Source: a candidate division WOR-3 bacterium
GTDB lineage: Bacteria > Hydrothermota > 32-111
Assembly (NCBI GenBank): GCA_037481815.1
Contig: JBBFKX010000001.1
Location: 512,001 to 576,000, forward strand
Direction: 5' to 3'
DNA length: 64,000 nucleotides
This document shows, one piece after another, positions 28,762 to 40,400 of the stretch. Numbering within the stretch: position 1 is the stretch's first letter; every line of letters starts with the position of its first letter. A program made the translations under genes and the position numbers. A model generated the notes under the pieces. The model ran no database searches, was not told the origin of the DNA, and saw nothing but the letters and a program-made list of their open reading frames with translations.

Positions 28762-30582
28762 TCAATAAAAGGTTATTCCAAACCAATCGTATCTATCGTT
28801 TCTATTTTTATCAAAGGTTATAAAATCAATCTGTTTGTTCTTCACTGATAATAAACCATTCCCATATGTTCCAACCAGGAACTCTTCAGTTTCACCATCG
28901 GAATAATGAACAAGCACTTTTATTCCATCAGAATCTTTCAATACTCTGTAATCATCAAAAAAAGATACTTTTATTTTTTCAAAATTTTTTTCTTTAACTT
29001 TTACTGTATCAATAATTTTCGAAAGAATAACAATTTCACTCCTTATAAAAGCCAACTTTTCCTTATAAGCAAGAAAATTAGGGTTTCCATTTTTTAAAAA
29101 TAAATATGCTGTATGAGATATAGAAAAGTCGTTTCCAAAAGAGAACGGTAAAACACCATAAAGATCGGTATAATAACCACAACGATTAATTTTTGATAAA
29201 GTTTTAAAGAAAAAATTGTTTAAAGATTCACTATTGAGAGGTTTTAAATGAACTATGAAATCTTTATCCGGGCTATACATCCTTTCAAGGTCTGAAATAT
29301 AAACAAGAGAAGATTCTGGTAAAGAAGTCGATAATCTTTTTAAAGGTTTCAACCCATTTCTTTCAGCTACATACCTATAACCCCACTCACCGATAAAATA
29401 TCCATTTTCGGTTTTGTTAAATTTTAAATTTCTGTAGCCGTTTGTTGTCAAAAGATCAGAATATAGCAGGAAAAATATTAGAACGAATGTCGAAAAAAAA
29501 GAAAAATTTAAATTAAGATTTTTAAAAAATAATTTTGAAAAAATTAGAAAATAAAAAAAGTAGGAGATGTAAAGATATCTTCCAATTATCATTGGTGACA
29601 GTGATATTATTGCTAATGAAAACAAAGCAAAAAATATTTTCATTTTTCTATCATCACTCTCAAACATAACTCTGTAAATTGAAAATAGACCAATCGAGAG
29701 CAATAGTGTTCCAATGAGAATATTGACTATATTCTGCTCTATAACGATGAAATAAATTAGCGAAATAACAGTTGATAGATAAAGTAATGGATTTTTCAAA
29801 TCCCAAAAGGATATAAAAGGCAATGTAAAAAGACCGATCCATAAACTATAACCGATAATTTTTTTTAAAGTTTTATGATAGTTTAAAAACCTCTCAGATC
29901 CTTCCCATTTTAAAGACCGAAAAATATCTGCACCCAGATGGAAAACTTTGATAAAAAGGAGAAGGGAAATTAAAAAGATCAAAAAACCAATAAAGTATCC
30001 TTTTCTTAATTTTTTTAACTGAAAAAAAAATATAAGAACTAAAAAAAGATTTATGTAAGATAAAAGAATGGAAAATGAAAAAAAGAAAAGAAATATTAAA
30101 AAACTTTTTATATTCTGCCTTTCAAAAAAGTTTTCAAGTAAAATATAAGACACAAGAAATGAAAGGAAAAACAAACCATCCATCATAAAAGAATTGTAAT
30201 ATATAGCGAACGCTGGAGTTAAAGTGAAAAGAAACGCAATAAAATCATGATCGTCTATTTTTGATTTTTTCAGATAAAAAGATATTAAAACAAATATCAA
30301 AACAGCGATAGAATAATACAAAAGATGTAAGATCACTATCTTTCCATTGCATATCTTATAAAAAAAATGAAAAATCAGATAAGGCAAAACAGTATGTGTT
30401 CCATCAGAAGGTGTCCGTTCTAAGCCGTTGAAAACAAATTCTGTTTTTTGAAATTCAAAAATATTTTTGTTCTCTAAAATGTTGGAAGAAAAAAAATAAA
30501 GATAATCATCATAGTTCACATATCTACTTGAGAATATAGATAAAAAGATTATAATAAGAAATATGAAAAAAAATTTTTTCAT
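28762..30582 (-). CDS. Polytopic membrane protein, probable GT-C glycosyltransferase
   Basis: N-terminal TM then NYDD loop, FMMD, GRYL; many TMs and a soluble C-terminal domain. Confidence 0.5.
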   Translation of the reverse strand: MKKFFFIFLIIIFLSIFSSRYVNYDDYLYFFSSNILENKNIFEFQKTEFVFNGLERTPSDGTHTVLPYLIFHFFYKICNGKIVILHLLYYSIAVLIFVLISFYLKKSKIDDHDFIAFLFTLTPAFAIYYNSFMMDGLFFLSFLVSYILLENFFERQNIKSFLIFLFFFSFSILLSYINLFLVLIFFFQLKKLRKGYFIGFLIFLISLLLFIKVFHLGADIFRSLKWEGSERFLNYHKTLKKIIGYSLWIGLFTLPFISFWDLKNPLLYLSTVISLIYFIVIEQNIVNILIGTLLLSIGLFSIYRVMFESDDRKMKIFFALFSLAIISLSPMIIGRYLYISYFFYFLIFSKLFFKNLNLNFSFFSTFVLIFFLLYSDLLTTNGYRNLKFNKTENGYFIGEWGYRYVAERNGLKPLKRLSTSLPESSLVYISDLERMYSPDKDFIVHLKPLNSESLNNFFFKTLSKINRCGYYTDLYGVLPFSFGNDFSISHTAYLFLKNGNPNFLAYKEKLAFIRSEIVILSKIIDTVKVKEKNFEKIKVSFFDDYRVLKDSDGIKVLVHYSDGETEEFLVGTYGNGLLSVKNKQIDFITFDKNRNDRYDWFGITFY

Positions 30583-30636
30583 TTTTAAATGAATTATAAC
30601 TTTCTAAACATATTTAGTCAATAATAAGGAGTTTTT

Positions 30637-31758
30637 ATGATGATAGATCAAAGAATAAAAAAATGGGCAAAAACCCTCGTTGATTATTCAACTGGTATAA
30701 AAAAAGGCGAAAAAGTTTTTTTGAGAGGTTCAAGTGAAACCATACCACTTTTAAAAGAAGTGTATAGAGAGATAACCAAAAGAGATGCATTCTGCGAAGT
30801 TAAAATTGTTGATAACGAATTCACAGAAATATTCTATAAGGAAGCAAGTGAAACTTTGATTGAATTCGTTTCACCTATCGATGAATATATATTCAAAAAT
30901 TTTGATGTTTTAATCTCCATAGGTGGCGAGAAAAACTCTAAAACACTTTCAGGTGTTGATCCATCAAAAATAAGAAAATCTATGAAAGCACGGGAAAATT
31001 TGAACAAGATTTTTTCTGAAAGGGTTTCAAAAGGAAATATGAGATGGGTTTTAACATACTATCCAACTTATGCCGGTGCACAGGAAGCGAATATGTCTTT
31101 ATCTGAACTTGAGGATTTTGTAATCGATGCATGTTTTTTAAACAAAGATGATCCAGCAAAAGAATGGAAAAGGATACACAAAGAGCAGAACAAAATAATA
31201 GATTTTTTATCAAAAAAGAAGAATTTCAGAATGATCGCTAAAGATACGGATTTATATTTTTCAACAAACGGAAGAAGATGGATAAACTCTGATGGACATA
31301 ACAATTTCCCCTCAGGAGAAGTTTTCACAAGCCCGGTTGAAAACAGTGTTAATGGAAAAATAAGGTTCACTTTTCCAGGTATTTATATGGGGAAAGAGAT
31401 AGAGGATATATATCTTGAATTCAAAAATGGAAAGATCGTAAAATATAAAGCTAAAACTGGAGAGGGACTTTTAAAAGAACTGATAAAAGTCGATGACGGA
31501 GCTTCAATCGTTGGAGAAGCAGCGATAGGAACAAATTATGGAATTAAAAAATTTATAAAGAATATGCTTTTCGATGAAAAGATTGGTGGAACAATACATC
31601 TAGCTTTAGGTAATGGGTTTAAAGAAGCGGGATCAAAAAATTTCTCTTCACTCCACTGGGATCTTTTATGTGATATGAGAGAATTTGGAGAAATATATGC
31701 TGATGGCAAACTGTTTTATAAGAATGGAAAATTCTTAATAGAAGGAGTTAAATTATGA
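30637..31758 (+). CDS. Aminopeptidase, M29 family (AmpS/AmpT)
   Basis: NFPSGEVFT, GEAAIG, LFDEKIGGTIHLALG, SLHWD. Confidence 0.92.
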   Translation: MMIDQRIKKWAKTLVDYSTGIKKGEKVFLRGSSETIPLLKEVYREITKRDAFCEVKIVDNEFTEIFYKEASETLIEFVSPIDEYIFKNFDVLISIGGEKNSKTLSGVDPSKIRKSMKARENLNKIFSERVSKGNMRWVLTYYPTYAGAQEANMSLSELEDFVIDACFLNKDDPAKEWKRIHKEQNKIIDFLSKKKNFRMIAKDTDLYFSTNGRRWINSDGHNNFPSGEVFTSPVENSVNGKIRFTFPGIYMGKEIEDIYLEFKNGKIVKYKAKTGEGLLKELIKVDDGASIVGEAAIGTNYGIKKFIKNMLFDEKIGGTIHLALGNGFKEAGSKNFSSLHWDLLCDMREFGEIYADGKLFYKNGKFLIEGVKL

Positions 31759-32051
31759 ATGAAAAAAACATAAATATCAAAATCGATAAAGAAGTCGCAG
31801 AGGGAGAATATGCAAACCTTGTGTTGACAGTTCATTCATCATCAGAATTTATTTTTGATTTTGCGAAACTTTTACCAGGCATTACTGAAGCAAACATTCA
31901 TACGAGGATAATCATGACTCCTGCCCATGCGAAGATGTTCTATAAATCATTGAAGGATAGTATCGAAAAATATGAACAAAATTTTGGTGAGATAAAGATC
32001 GAAGAGGATCTTAAGCAGAAAAATATCGGTTTTAACAAAAACAACGGTTGA
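31755..32051 (+). CDS. DUF3467 family protein
   Basis: GEYANL...HSSSEFIFDF...RIIMTPAHAK...YEQNFGEI. Confidence 0.8.
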   Translation: MNEKNINIKIDKEVAEGEYANLVLTVHSSSEFIFDFAKLLPGITEANIHTRIIMTPAHAKMFYKSLKDSIEKYEQNFGEIKIEEDLKQKNIGFNKNNG

Positions 32052-33384
32052 TTTTTAAAATCACATAAAGAAAAATTATTGAAGAAAAAATGAATGAGGA
32101 TTTATACTTTTTGTAAAACAATGTGATTAAACTCAACTCCCAGAAAACAAAGATAAAAAGGTCAATCTGAAATTCATACATCAAAAACATTTTCTCAGAA
32201 CAAGATACAACCTTTTCAATAAACTTAAAAATATAAATAACGGGGTATTCAAGAAAACCAAATAATGGCAAAAGTGAAATTAAAGATAAAGGTATAAAAA
32301 ATGAAAAAGGAAGATAGAGCACTGTTGTGAAAATAGGTGACCCAATAGATATATATTTAAACTGATACATCATATAAGGTGTAGTCAAAATTAAAACCAC
32401 AAAAGAAGTTAATAAAATTTTTAAAAGTCCTCCTTTTAGGTTTAAAACTTCGTTTGAAATATAGATACCATAAACAGCAAGGAAGGATAGAGAAAACCCA
32501 TTATCTTTAAAATTACTATCGTTGAACACCAGCATAAAAATCAATGTTAAAAAAATTAAACTCTCTTTATCAACCCTTTTCTCCAGTAATTCTCCAAGAA
32601 GAAAAATGGTTATAAAAATAACAGATCTCACGACTGGTGGATTATTGTATGTCAAAAAAGAGTAAAAGATAAGAACAAGTATCGATATGATCACTTTTAT
32701 TTTTTTCTTGATCGGTAAAAAATAAAGGAGAAAAAAAAGAAAAGAATAAATTATCAAAACATGTTGACCACTTATGGCCAGAAGATGGATAACTCCAGAA
32801 TTTATGAAATCTTTTTTCAAATGTGAATCGAGATCCTTTCGATAACCAAAGATAACTGAATTTATAAAACCTGAAATCTTAGTATCAAAATATTTTTCTT
32901 TTACTCTGTTAACGAGAATCGTTCTTAATCTTTCAACCGACTTTTCACTTTTAACAGAATCTATCTGTAAAATTGTAGATTTAAAAAAAACATCATAAGT
33001 TTCAAGAAATTTTTCATCATCATTTTTAAAATCTATCTTTTCAATTTTGAATTTTCCATATATATTATCACCTTCAAGAAAATTCAGATCACTATTTAAA
33101 AAAATTTTCATACCTTCACTATCGGTTATATAACCGTATTTGAACCCTCTCTTCACAGAAAGTTCGAGTTCATAAAAACCTTCATTCAAATTAATATTTT
33201 CTTTTAAACCTAAAATATGACCTGATAAAAAAACTATCAACAACGATAATGAAAATAAAAATTTTTTTAGGGATAAAGTATAAAATATTAAAAATAATAC
33301 AGGAATGATCAAAAAATTGTTTGTGTTATAGAAATAACCAAAATATATCGAAAATATGTATAGAAAAAAATAGAAAGTCATCAA
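32032..33384 (-). CDS. comEC: ComEC/Rec2 competence protein (no MBL domain)
   Basis: GVIHLLAISGQHV, PPVVRS, GFSLSF. Confidence 0.8.
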   Translation of the reverse strand: MMTFYFFLYIFSIYFGYFYNTNNFLIIPVLFLIFYTLSLKKFLFSLSLLIVFLSGHILGLKENINLNEGFYELELSVKRGFKYGYITDSEGMKIFLNSDLNFLEGDNIYGKFKIEKIDFKNDDEKFLETYDVFFKSTILQIDSVKSEKSVERLRTILVNRVKEKYFDTKISGFINSVIFGYRKDLDSHLKKDFINSGVIHLLAISGQHVLIIYSFLFFLLYFLPIKKKIKVIISILVLIFYSFLTYNNPPVVRSVIFITIFLLGELLEKRVDKESLIFLTLIFMLVFNDSNFKDNGFSLSFLAVYGIYISNEVLNLKGGLLKILLTSFVVLILTTPYMMYQFKYISIGSPIFTTVLYLPFSFFIPLSLISLLPLFGFLEYPVIYIFKFIEKVVSCSEKMFLMYEFQIDLFIFVFWELSLITLFYKKYKSSFIFSSIIFLYVILKINRCFC

Positions 33385-33749
33385 CTATAAAGAACAGGTG
33401 AGAGCTCTCCTGCAAGTCTTTTGATCTCATATCTTGCAAGCCCAACATTCTGTTCTTTTCCAGTTAAAGCGTAATAGATATAGTAATCCTTCCCTATCAT
33501 TCCTGTAACAATCGTCATTTTCCCAGTAATGAGTATTATTTCAGCCATCTCACCAGCACCTATCTCCTTCGAGATTTTTTCTGCTGTGATCGCAAGTGTT
33601 GCGAGCTCTGCATCGGCAAGAGATAGATCCGCCTGAGGATATTTCGTATAGGAAGCAAGCGCTATACCATCAGTCCCAACAAGTGAAACAGCTACACATC
33701 CAGTTATCTTTTCTCCACTATCTTTTAGAATCGAATCAAAATCCATCAC
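33381..33749 (-). CDS. Roadblock/LC7 domain protein (MglB/MglC-like)
   Basis: About 120 aa; [12 protein letters not shown] and NVGLARY roadblock pattern. Confidence 0.8.
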   Translation of the reverse strand: MMDFDSILKDSGEKITGCVAVSLVGTDGIALASYTKYPQADLSLADAELATLAITAEKISKEIGAGEMAEIILITGKMTIVTGMIGKDYYIYYALTGKEQNVGLARYEIKRLAGELSPVLYS

Positions 33750-34408
33750 TTCCTCCCTAAAATTATATCGAGTAAACTTCTCTTCTTTTTAAAATATTTT
33801 TGTTTTATAAGAAAAGCCCTTTTACTTTTAGGGTTTAAGTTCAAAGCCAATTTAAAAAGTTCTTTCGCCTTTTCATCTTTACCCATTTCAAAATATGCTT
33901 CAACAAGATTTAAAATTATTTCCTGATCGGAAAAATTGGAAGAAGTCAAAGAACTGTCCATAAATTCTATGCCTTTCTTTTTATCGACTCCCGAAAAGAA
34001 TAAAGAATAACCATAAAGAGAAAAGAATTCATCAGATGGTTTCTTGTTTTTGTACTTATAATGCATTTCCAGCTTTTTAAATAGATCGATTGCTTCCTTG
34101 AATTTTTTTTCTTTAATTTTCTTTTTCGCTTTCAGATAATAATTTTCAAACTTTTCATCATTTTTCTTTTCCTCTAAATTTATCCCCTCTTTAAATTTTT
34201 TCAGTTTTTCATCATACTCTTCTCTTTTTTTATCATCAGACAGAACATCGTATGCTTCTGCGATATCTGCAAATATGTTCTCATCTTTGTTTCCCTCCTG
34301 AGCAAGTTTGTCAGGATGATATTTTTTTGCAAGAGCAAAATAAGCCTTCTTTATATCGGCTTTTGAAGCATTCTCAGGAACATTTAAAATTTCATAATAA
34401 TTTTTCAT
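33746..34408 (-). CDS. J-domain plus TPR protein
   Basis: [24 protein letters not shown], then TPR helices. Confidence 0.85.
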   Translation of the reverse strand: MKNYYEILNVPENASKADIKKAYFALAKKYHPDKLAQEGNKDENIFADIAEAYDVLSDDKKREEYDEKLKKFKEGINLEEKKNDEKFENYYLKAKKKIKEKKFKEAIDLFKKLEMHYKYKNKKPSDEFFSLYGYSLFFSGVDKKKGIEFMDSSLTSSNFSDQEIILNLVEAYFEMGKDEKAKELFKLALNLNPKSKRAFLIKQKYFKKKRSLLDIILGRK

Positions 34409-34415
34409 AAAAAAT

Positions 34416-34443
34416 ATTATATTGTTAAGAATTTTTAAGTCAA
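34416..34443 (-). promoter_or_regulatory. sigma70 promoter, leaderless-type
   Basis: TTGACT-N16-TATAAT with the ATG 7 nt after the -10 box and no SD. Confidence 0.6.
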
Positions 34444-34450
34444 CAAAATG

Positions 34451-36517
34451 TTAAAAAATACCTAACTCGGTTTTGACCTTTGTGAGTTTTTCTTTCGGTA
34501 TCTCTTTGAATTGCAAAAACTCCATATTGAAAACACCTCTTCCCTGAGTTAAGGTTCTTAAATCGTTCATGTAACCGAACATTTCGGAAAGAGGAACTTC
34601 ACAATCTATCGTTGTCATTCCATTCCCTTTTGAAATACCTTTTATCGTAGCATATCTTGAATTTATATCGTTGATAACAACTCCGACAAACTCATCCGGA
34701 ACAAATATATCCACCTTCATTATCGGTTCAAGGAGATAGTTTGGAACCTTTTTTAAAGCATCTTTGAATGCCATTGAAGCTGCGAAATTAAACGATTGCT
34801 CGTTTGATGAATTGATATCATATTTTGCTTCAACAAGAATTACCTTTATGTTCACCACAGGAAATCCAGCTATTATTCCGCTTGAACTTGTTGATTTTAC
34901 TCCATCCTCAACAGCTTTGATGAATTCAAGAGGTAAGATGTCTTTAGAAACTCTTGATTCAAATGAGAAATAATCTTTTTCATTTTTCTCAATCAGTAAT
35001 TTAACATAGGCGAAAACTGTTTTCTGCCCTATAACCTTGTTTAACTCGTATTCACCTTCTGTTCTATCCTTTATCGTTTCACGATAGGTGACTATGGGTT
35101 TTCCGACTCTTGGATCCACATTGTATTCTCTTTTCAACCTATCAACAACTATTTCAAGATGTAATTCTCCCATTCCTGAGATCAACAGTTGTCCTGTATC
35201 TTTATTCATAAATACTTTGAATGTTGGATCCATTTCCTGCATATTCTTCAACGCTTCATTCAGTTTTTCTTCTTCATCCTTTCTTCTCGGTTCAACTGAA
35301 ATTGAAACTACAGGTTCAGGAAAGATCGGCTTTTCTAGTGCAATAGGATGTTTTGGATCTGATAGAGTTGATCCAGTGATTGAACTTTTCAATCCAACCA
35401 CACCGCAGATATCGCCAGCTTCACATTTTTCAACTTCTATCCTCTTATTGGAATGTATCATAAAGATCTTTGTGATCCTCACTTTCTCGTTAAAAGTTGT
35501 ATCCAGCACCTGATCTTTCAATTCAAGTTTTCCGGAATATACTCTCATATACCCAAGTTTCCCAAAATGCTTATCTATTTCAATTTTATATATTAAACCA
35601 CAGAATGGGTTTTTTTTGTCAAGATGTCTTAAAATCTCCTCTCCTGTTTTCGGGTTGATCCCTGCGATTGGAGGTCTGTCAAGAGGAGAAGGTAAAAAAT
35701 AACATATCGCATCGAGTAACATATGAACACATTTGTTCTTTTTAGAAGAACCTGCAAAAACCGGAACTATCTTACAACTTATTACTCCTTTTCTGATAGA
35801 ATTGATGATCTCTTGTTCAGTTATGTTTTTACCATCAACAACTTTTTCAAGAATCTCATTATCAAAGTTAGCCAACCTTTCTATCAACAATTCTCTTTCA
35901 TTTTGACTTTTTTCTTTCAAATCGGCAGGTATTTCTGTCACGATATATTTATGTTCATCAAGTGGGTCATTGTATAAATAAGCTTTCATTTCGATCAGAT
36001 CAACAACACCTACAAATTCTTCTTCTTTACCAATCGGGATCTGTAGTGGTAATATTTCTGAAGAAAACTTTTCTTTCATACTTTCAACAACTCTATAAAA
36101 ATCAGCACCACTTCTATCCATTTTGTTTATGTACGAGATCCTTGGAACATTATATCTATCAGCCTGTCTCCAGACAGTTTCAGATTGCGGTTCAACACCT
36201 TCAACACCACTGAAAATAACAAGAGCACCATCGAGAACTCTTAAAGACCTTTCAACTTCTGCAGTAAAATCGATGTGCCCTGGAGTATCTATGATATTTA
36301 TCCTGTAATCTTTCCAGTTAACAGATGTAACTGCGGATGTTATAGTTATTCCTCTCTCTTTTTCCTGTTCCATCCAATCCATCGTTGCAGTTGCATCATC
36401 AACTTCCCCAATCCTATGTATTTTACCTGTATAAAAAAGAATCCTTTCGGTAGTTGTTGTTTTACCTGCATCTATATGGGCTATGATTCCAATGTTTCTT
36501 ATAATGTTCTGTTCCAT
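34451..36517 (-). CDS. fusA: Elongation factor G (divergent domain IV)
   Basis: [34 protein letters not shown]; follows rpsG; start set at MEQNIIRN. Confidence 0.92.
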   Translation of the reverse strand: MEQNIIRNIGIIAHIDAGKTTTTERILFYTGKIHRIGEVDDATATMDWMEQEKERGITITSAVTSVNWKDYRINIIDTPGHIDFTAEVERSLRVLDGALVIFSGVEGVEPQSETVWRQADRYNVPRISYINKMDRSGADFYRVVESMKEKFSSEILPLQIPIGKEEEFVGVVDLIEMKAYLYNDPLDEHKYIVTEIPADLKEKSQNERELLIERLANFDNEILEKVVDGKNITEQEIINSIRKGVISCKIVPVFAGSSKKNKCVHMLLDAICYFLPSPLDRPPIAGINPKTGEEILRHLDKKNPFCGLIYKIEIDKHFGKLGYMRVYSGKLELKDQVLDTTFNEKVRITKIFMIHSNKRIEVEKCEAGDICGVVGLKSSITGSTLSDPKHPIALEKPIFPEPVVSISVEPRRKDEEEKLNEALKNMQEMDPTFKVFMNKDTGQLLISGMGELHLEIVVDRLKREYNVDPRVGKPIVTYRETIKDRTEGEYELNKVIGQKTVFAYVKLLIEKNEKDYFSFESRVSKDILPLEFIKAVEDGVKSTSSSGIIAGFPVVNIKVILVEAKYDINSSNEQSFNFAASMAFKDALKKVPNYLLEPIMKVDIFVPDEFVGVVINDINSRYATIKGISKGNGMTTIDCEVPLSEMFGYMNDLRTLTQGRGVFNMEFLQFKEIPKEKLTKVKTELGIF

Positions 36518-36519
36518 AT

Positions 36520-36550
36520 AAAAAAAAAGCCCATTGTTGAATGGGCTTTT
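36520..36550 (-). terminator. Intrinsic terminator between rpsG and fusA
   Basis: AAAAGCCCATT-CAAC-AATGGGCTTTT with a 9-U tract. Confidence 0.8.
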
Positions 36551-36565
36551 CAAAAATATAAAAAA

Positions 36566-37039
36566 TTAAAATCTGAAATGAGCGTAGGCCTTGTTCGCTT
36601 CTGCCATTCTATGAGTATCTTCACGTTTCTTCAAAGCTGCACTGTTCTCTTTCTTATAGCATGCTAAAAGTTCATTCGCCAGTTTTTCCGCCATGGAATG
36701 ATCGTTTCTTGCATGAGCAGCTTCAAGAATCCATCTTATCGCAAGAGCAAGTTTTCTTTCCGGTTTAACTTCCATCGGAACCTGATATGTGGCTCCACCG
36801 ATCCTTTTCGGTCTAACTTCGACAACAGGTTTAACGTTGTTTAAAGCTTTTTCAAAAACCTGATAACCATCTTCTCCTGTTTTTTTTGCAAGGATTTCTA
36901 AAGCATCATAAAAAATTTTAAGTGCTACAGATTTTTTTCCTTTTTTCATAATATTGTTGATGAATTTACCCGCAGTTAAACTCTTGTATCTTGGATCAGC
37001 ATACTCTCTCTTTGGCAGAACTCTAATTCTTCTTGGCAT
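36566..37039 (-). CDS. rpsG: 30S ribosomal protein S7
   Basis: RIGGATYQVP, HRMAEANKAYAH. Confidence 0.98.
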   Translation of the reverse strand: MPRRIRVLPKREYADPRYKSLTAGKFINNIMKKGKKSVALKIFYDALEILAKKTGEDGYQVFEKALNNVKPVVEVRPKRIGGATYQVPMEVKPERKLALAIRWILEAAHARNDHSMAEKLANELLACYKKENSAALKKREDTHRMAEANKAYAHFRF

Positions 37040-37054
37040 ATTTTAAAACCCCCT

Positions 37055-37435
37055 TTATGTTGTTTGTTTTGGTTTTTTTGCACCGTAAAGGGACCTTGAT
37101 CTTCTTCTATTTTCAACTCCAGCGGAATCGTAAACACCTCTTATAACATGGTATCTTACTCCAGGAAGATCTTTAACCCTTCCACCTCTTATCAAAACAA
37201 CAGAGTGTTCTTGAAGATTGTGACCTTCACCGGGAATATATGCTGTGACCTCATACCCATTTGATAATCTAACTCTTGCAACCTTTCTTAAAGCTGAGTT
37301 TGGTTTCTTAGGTTTGGTTGTGTAAACTCTTACACATATCCCTCTTTTCTGAGGTGCCGCTTTCAAAGCCGGTGATTTTGTCTTTTTGGTTACCTTTTTC
37401 CTTTTACTTCTTACAAGTTGATTAATTGTTGGCAT
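37055..37435 (-). CDS. rpsL: 30S ribosomal protein S12
   Basis: [31 protein letters not shown]. Confidence 0.99.
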   Translation of the reverse strand: MPTINQLVRSKRKKVTKKTKSPALKAAPQKRGICVRVYTTKPKKPNSALRKVARVRLSNGYEVTAYIPGEGHNLQEHSVVLIRGGRVKDLPGVRYHVIRGVYDSAGVENRRRSRSLYGAKKPKQTT

Positions 37436-37440
37436 ACAAT

Positions 37441-40400
37441 TTACTCCTCCGTTACAGATGTTTGTTGATAAAGTTCATTATCTGTAGAAATTTCTTCTAT
37501 ATCCTCTTCTTCAATTTTTCTAAATTTCCTGAAACCGGTTCCAGCAGGTAACAGGTTTCCAATTATAACATTCTCTTTTAAACCATTTAAATAATCTATG
37601 CTACCATTTATTGCTGCGTCTGTCAATACTCTTGTTGTTTCCTGGAAAGATGCAGCCGATATGAATGACTTCGCGTTCAAGGATGCTTTTGTGATACCCA
37701 TCAACAATCTTGTGTAAAGAGCAGGTCTTTCTCCCCTTTCTCTTACCCTTTCATTCTCAAGATCTACATCTTTCTTTTCAACTATTTCCCCCTGAATAAA
37801 ATCTGTTTCACCGGGATCGGTAATTTTCACATATTTTATCATCTGTCTGATAATAACTGAAATATGTTTGTTATCGATGTTAACTCCCTGTGCTCTGTAA
37901 ACTTCCTGTATCTGGTTCATCAAAAAGTTCGCAACATCACCGATATCTTTGATTCTCATCAGATCATGTGGATCAACAGATCCATCGCAGAGTTTATCAC
38001 CCGCTTTAACCTCTTCACCTTCATAAACGAGAATATGTTTACCTCTTGGAATCCTGTACTCTTTTTTACTTCCATTCGGTGTTATAACATAAACTATCTG
38101 CTCTCCTGTTCCCTTCTTTGTTTCTCCAATTTCAACTACTCCATCAACTTCTGAGATCACCGCTTTCTCTTTTGGTACCCTCGCATCAAACAGTTCTGTC
38201 ACTCTTGGAAGTCCACCGGTTATATCACTCGCTGTTGCCTTTGCTTTAGGAGTTTTCAATATTATAGTCCCGGGCTCAACTTTCATTCCATTTTTGACCA
38301 TTATGTATGAACCGACTTTCACCGAAACGCTTCTCAAAACATTGTTATTTGCTTTATCTATTATTTCAACTCGAGGATTCAAACTTTTATCCTTTGTTCC
38401 AATTACAACAAAGATCTCATCGTTACCAATTATTTCACTTCTAACATTGTACTCTTCTTTAATATCTTTAAATCTTACGATTCCAGAATAGTTCGCAAGT
38501 TCCACCGTTGAATAAGGATCCCTTGTGAAAAGTTCAGTATCCTTTGTTACCATCTGTCCATCTTTGACAAGAATATGTGAGGCAGGTGGAACACTAAGAT
38601 CGTATTTAACCTTGTTGTTTTCATCAAGTATCTGTATCTTTGCATCCTTACCAGCACTTATATCTTCACCTCTTTCATTTTTCAAAATCTTCAGATGAAC
38701 AAATTTTACTTTTCCTTCCTCTTTCGCTTTTATTGAGGTTTCTTCAGCCAATCCTCCAGCAGTTCCACCGATATGGAAGGTTTTCAATGTTAACTGTGTT
38801 CCCGGCTCTCCAATCGATTGTGCAGCCATGACTCCCACCGCTTCGCCGATCTCAACCAATCTTCCTGTTGCAAGATTTCTTCCATAACATTTCTGACAGA
38901 GTCCATGTTTCGCTTCACATGTTAGAACTGATCTTATCTTTATCTTTTCTATTCCTTCTTCGTCCAATCTTAATGCCTTTTCATGAGTGATCTCTTCATT
39001 CTCATGAACGATTATTCCCTTTTCAATATCCTTTCCATAAACATCTTCAAGTGAGAATCTTCCTTCAACAAGTTCGCTCAACTTTTTAACAACACCTTTT
39101 TCTCTTATAGGTGTTACCTCAATACCGAGTATCGTTCCACAGTCCTCTTCTGTGATAATAACATCCTGTGCAACATCGACAAGTTTCCTTGTGAGATAAC
39201 CTGCTTCAGCGGTCTTTAACGCTGTATCGGTTAAACCTTTTCTTGAACCGTGTGTTGAAATAAAGTATTCAACAACCTGTAATCCTTCTTTGAAGTTTGA
39301 TTTCACCGGAGTTTCAATAACCTCTTCACCGGTTAATTTTTTTTGTGGTCTCTGCATCAAACCTCTTATACCGATCAACTGTCTGACCTGTTCTATATTT
39401 CCTCTCGCTCCCGAACCAACGATCATATGTATCGGATTGAAACCATTTTTATCCTCTTTTAACCTTTTTTCAACGATCTTCTGAATGTCATCTGTTGCTT
39501 TTAACCAGGCACTCTTTACCCTTTCATATCTTTCCTTTTCAGTTGTTGTTCCACCTTTACTGTGTTCTTTGTTTATCCTATCAACCTCTCTCTGTGTTCT
39601 TTCGATTATCTCGTCCTTTTCTTTTGGAACGATCATATCATCGATTCCAAAAGTCAAACCTGAGATCGTTGAGAAATAGAATCCTTTTTCCTTTATGTTG
39701 TCAAGAAGTTCTATCATTTCCCTGTTGGAAACATTCCAGAAAGCGTTGTAAAGAAGTTGTTGTAATTTCTTCTTATCGACTGTGTCGTTTATAAATCTTA
39801 ACTTCTCAGGTAAAAAACTGTTAAATATTATTCTACCAACAGTGGTTTCCAATATCTGGTTTTTGTACACAAATTTCACAGGAGTATGAATTTTCAAAAT
39901 TTTATTTTCATAAAGATAGTATGCTTCATCAAAACTATCAAGAATCTTTTCCCCAACTTCTTTTTTCAATTCATCCTTTTTAGCAGTAAGATAGTACATC
40001 CCCACAACCATATCGTGTGTAGGAGTTACAATTGGACCACCATGCGCTGGTGACAAAAGATTGTTTGCAGAAAGCATTAAAAGTTGTGCTTCAATTCTTG
40101 CTTCATACGAAAGTGGAATATGAACAGCCATCTGATCACCATCGAAATCAGCGTTGAACGCGGTACAAACGAGAGGATGCAATCTTATCGCTTTACCTTC
40201 GATCAAGACCGGCTGGAACGCCTGAATGCCCAATCTGTGTAAAGTTGGGGCTCTGTTGAGAAGAACAGGATGATCTTCGATTATCTCTTCGAGAATTTTC
40301 CAGACCTCTTTTGATTCTGCATCTATGATCTTTTTAGCATTTTTTATTCCACTTGCTATTTTCCTTTCCTCAAGTTTTTGTATTATAAATGGCTTGAAAA

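Noticed and set aside
36518..36553. N-terminal extension [12 protein letters not shown] of EF-G
   Set aside because: It is a translation of the terminator hairpin; the EF-G-like sequence starts at 36517
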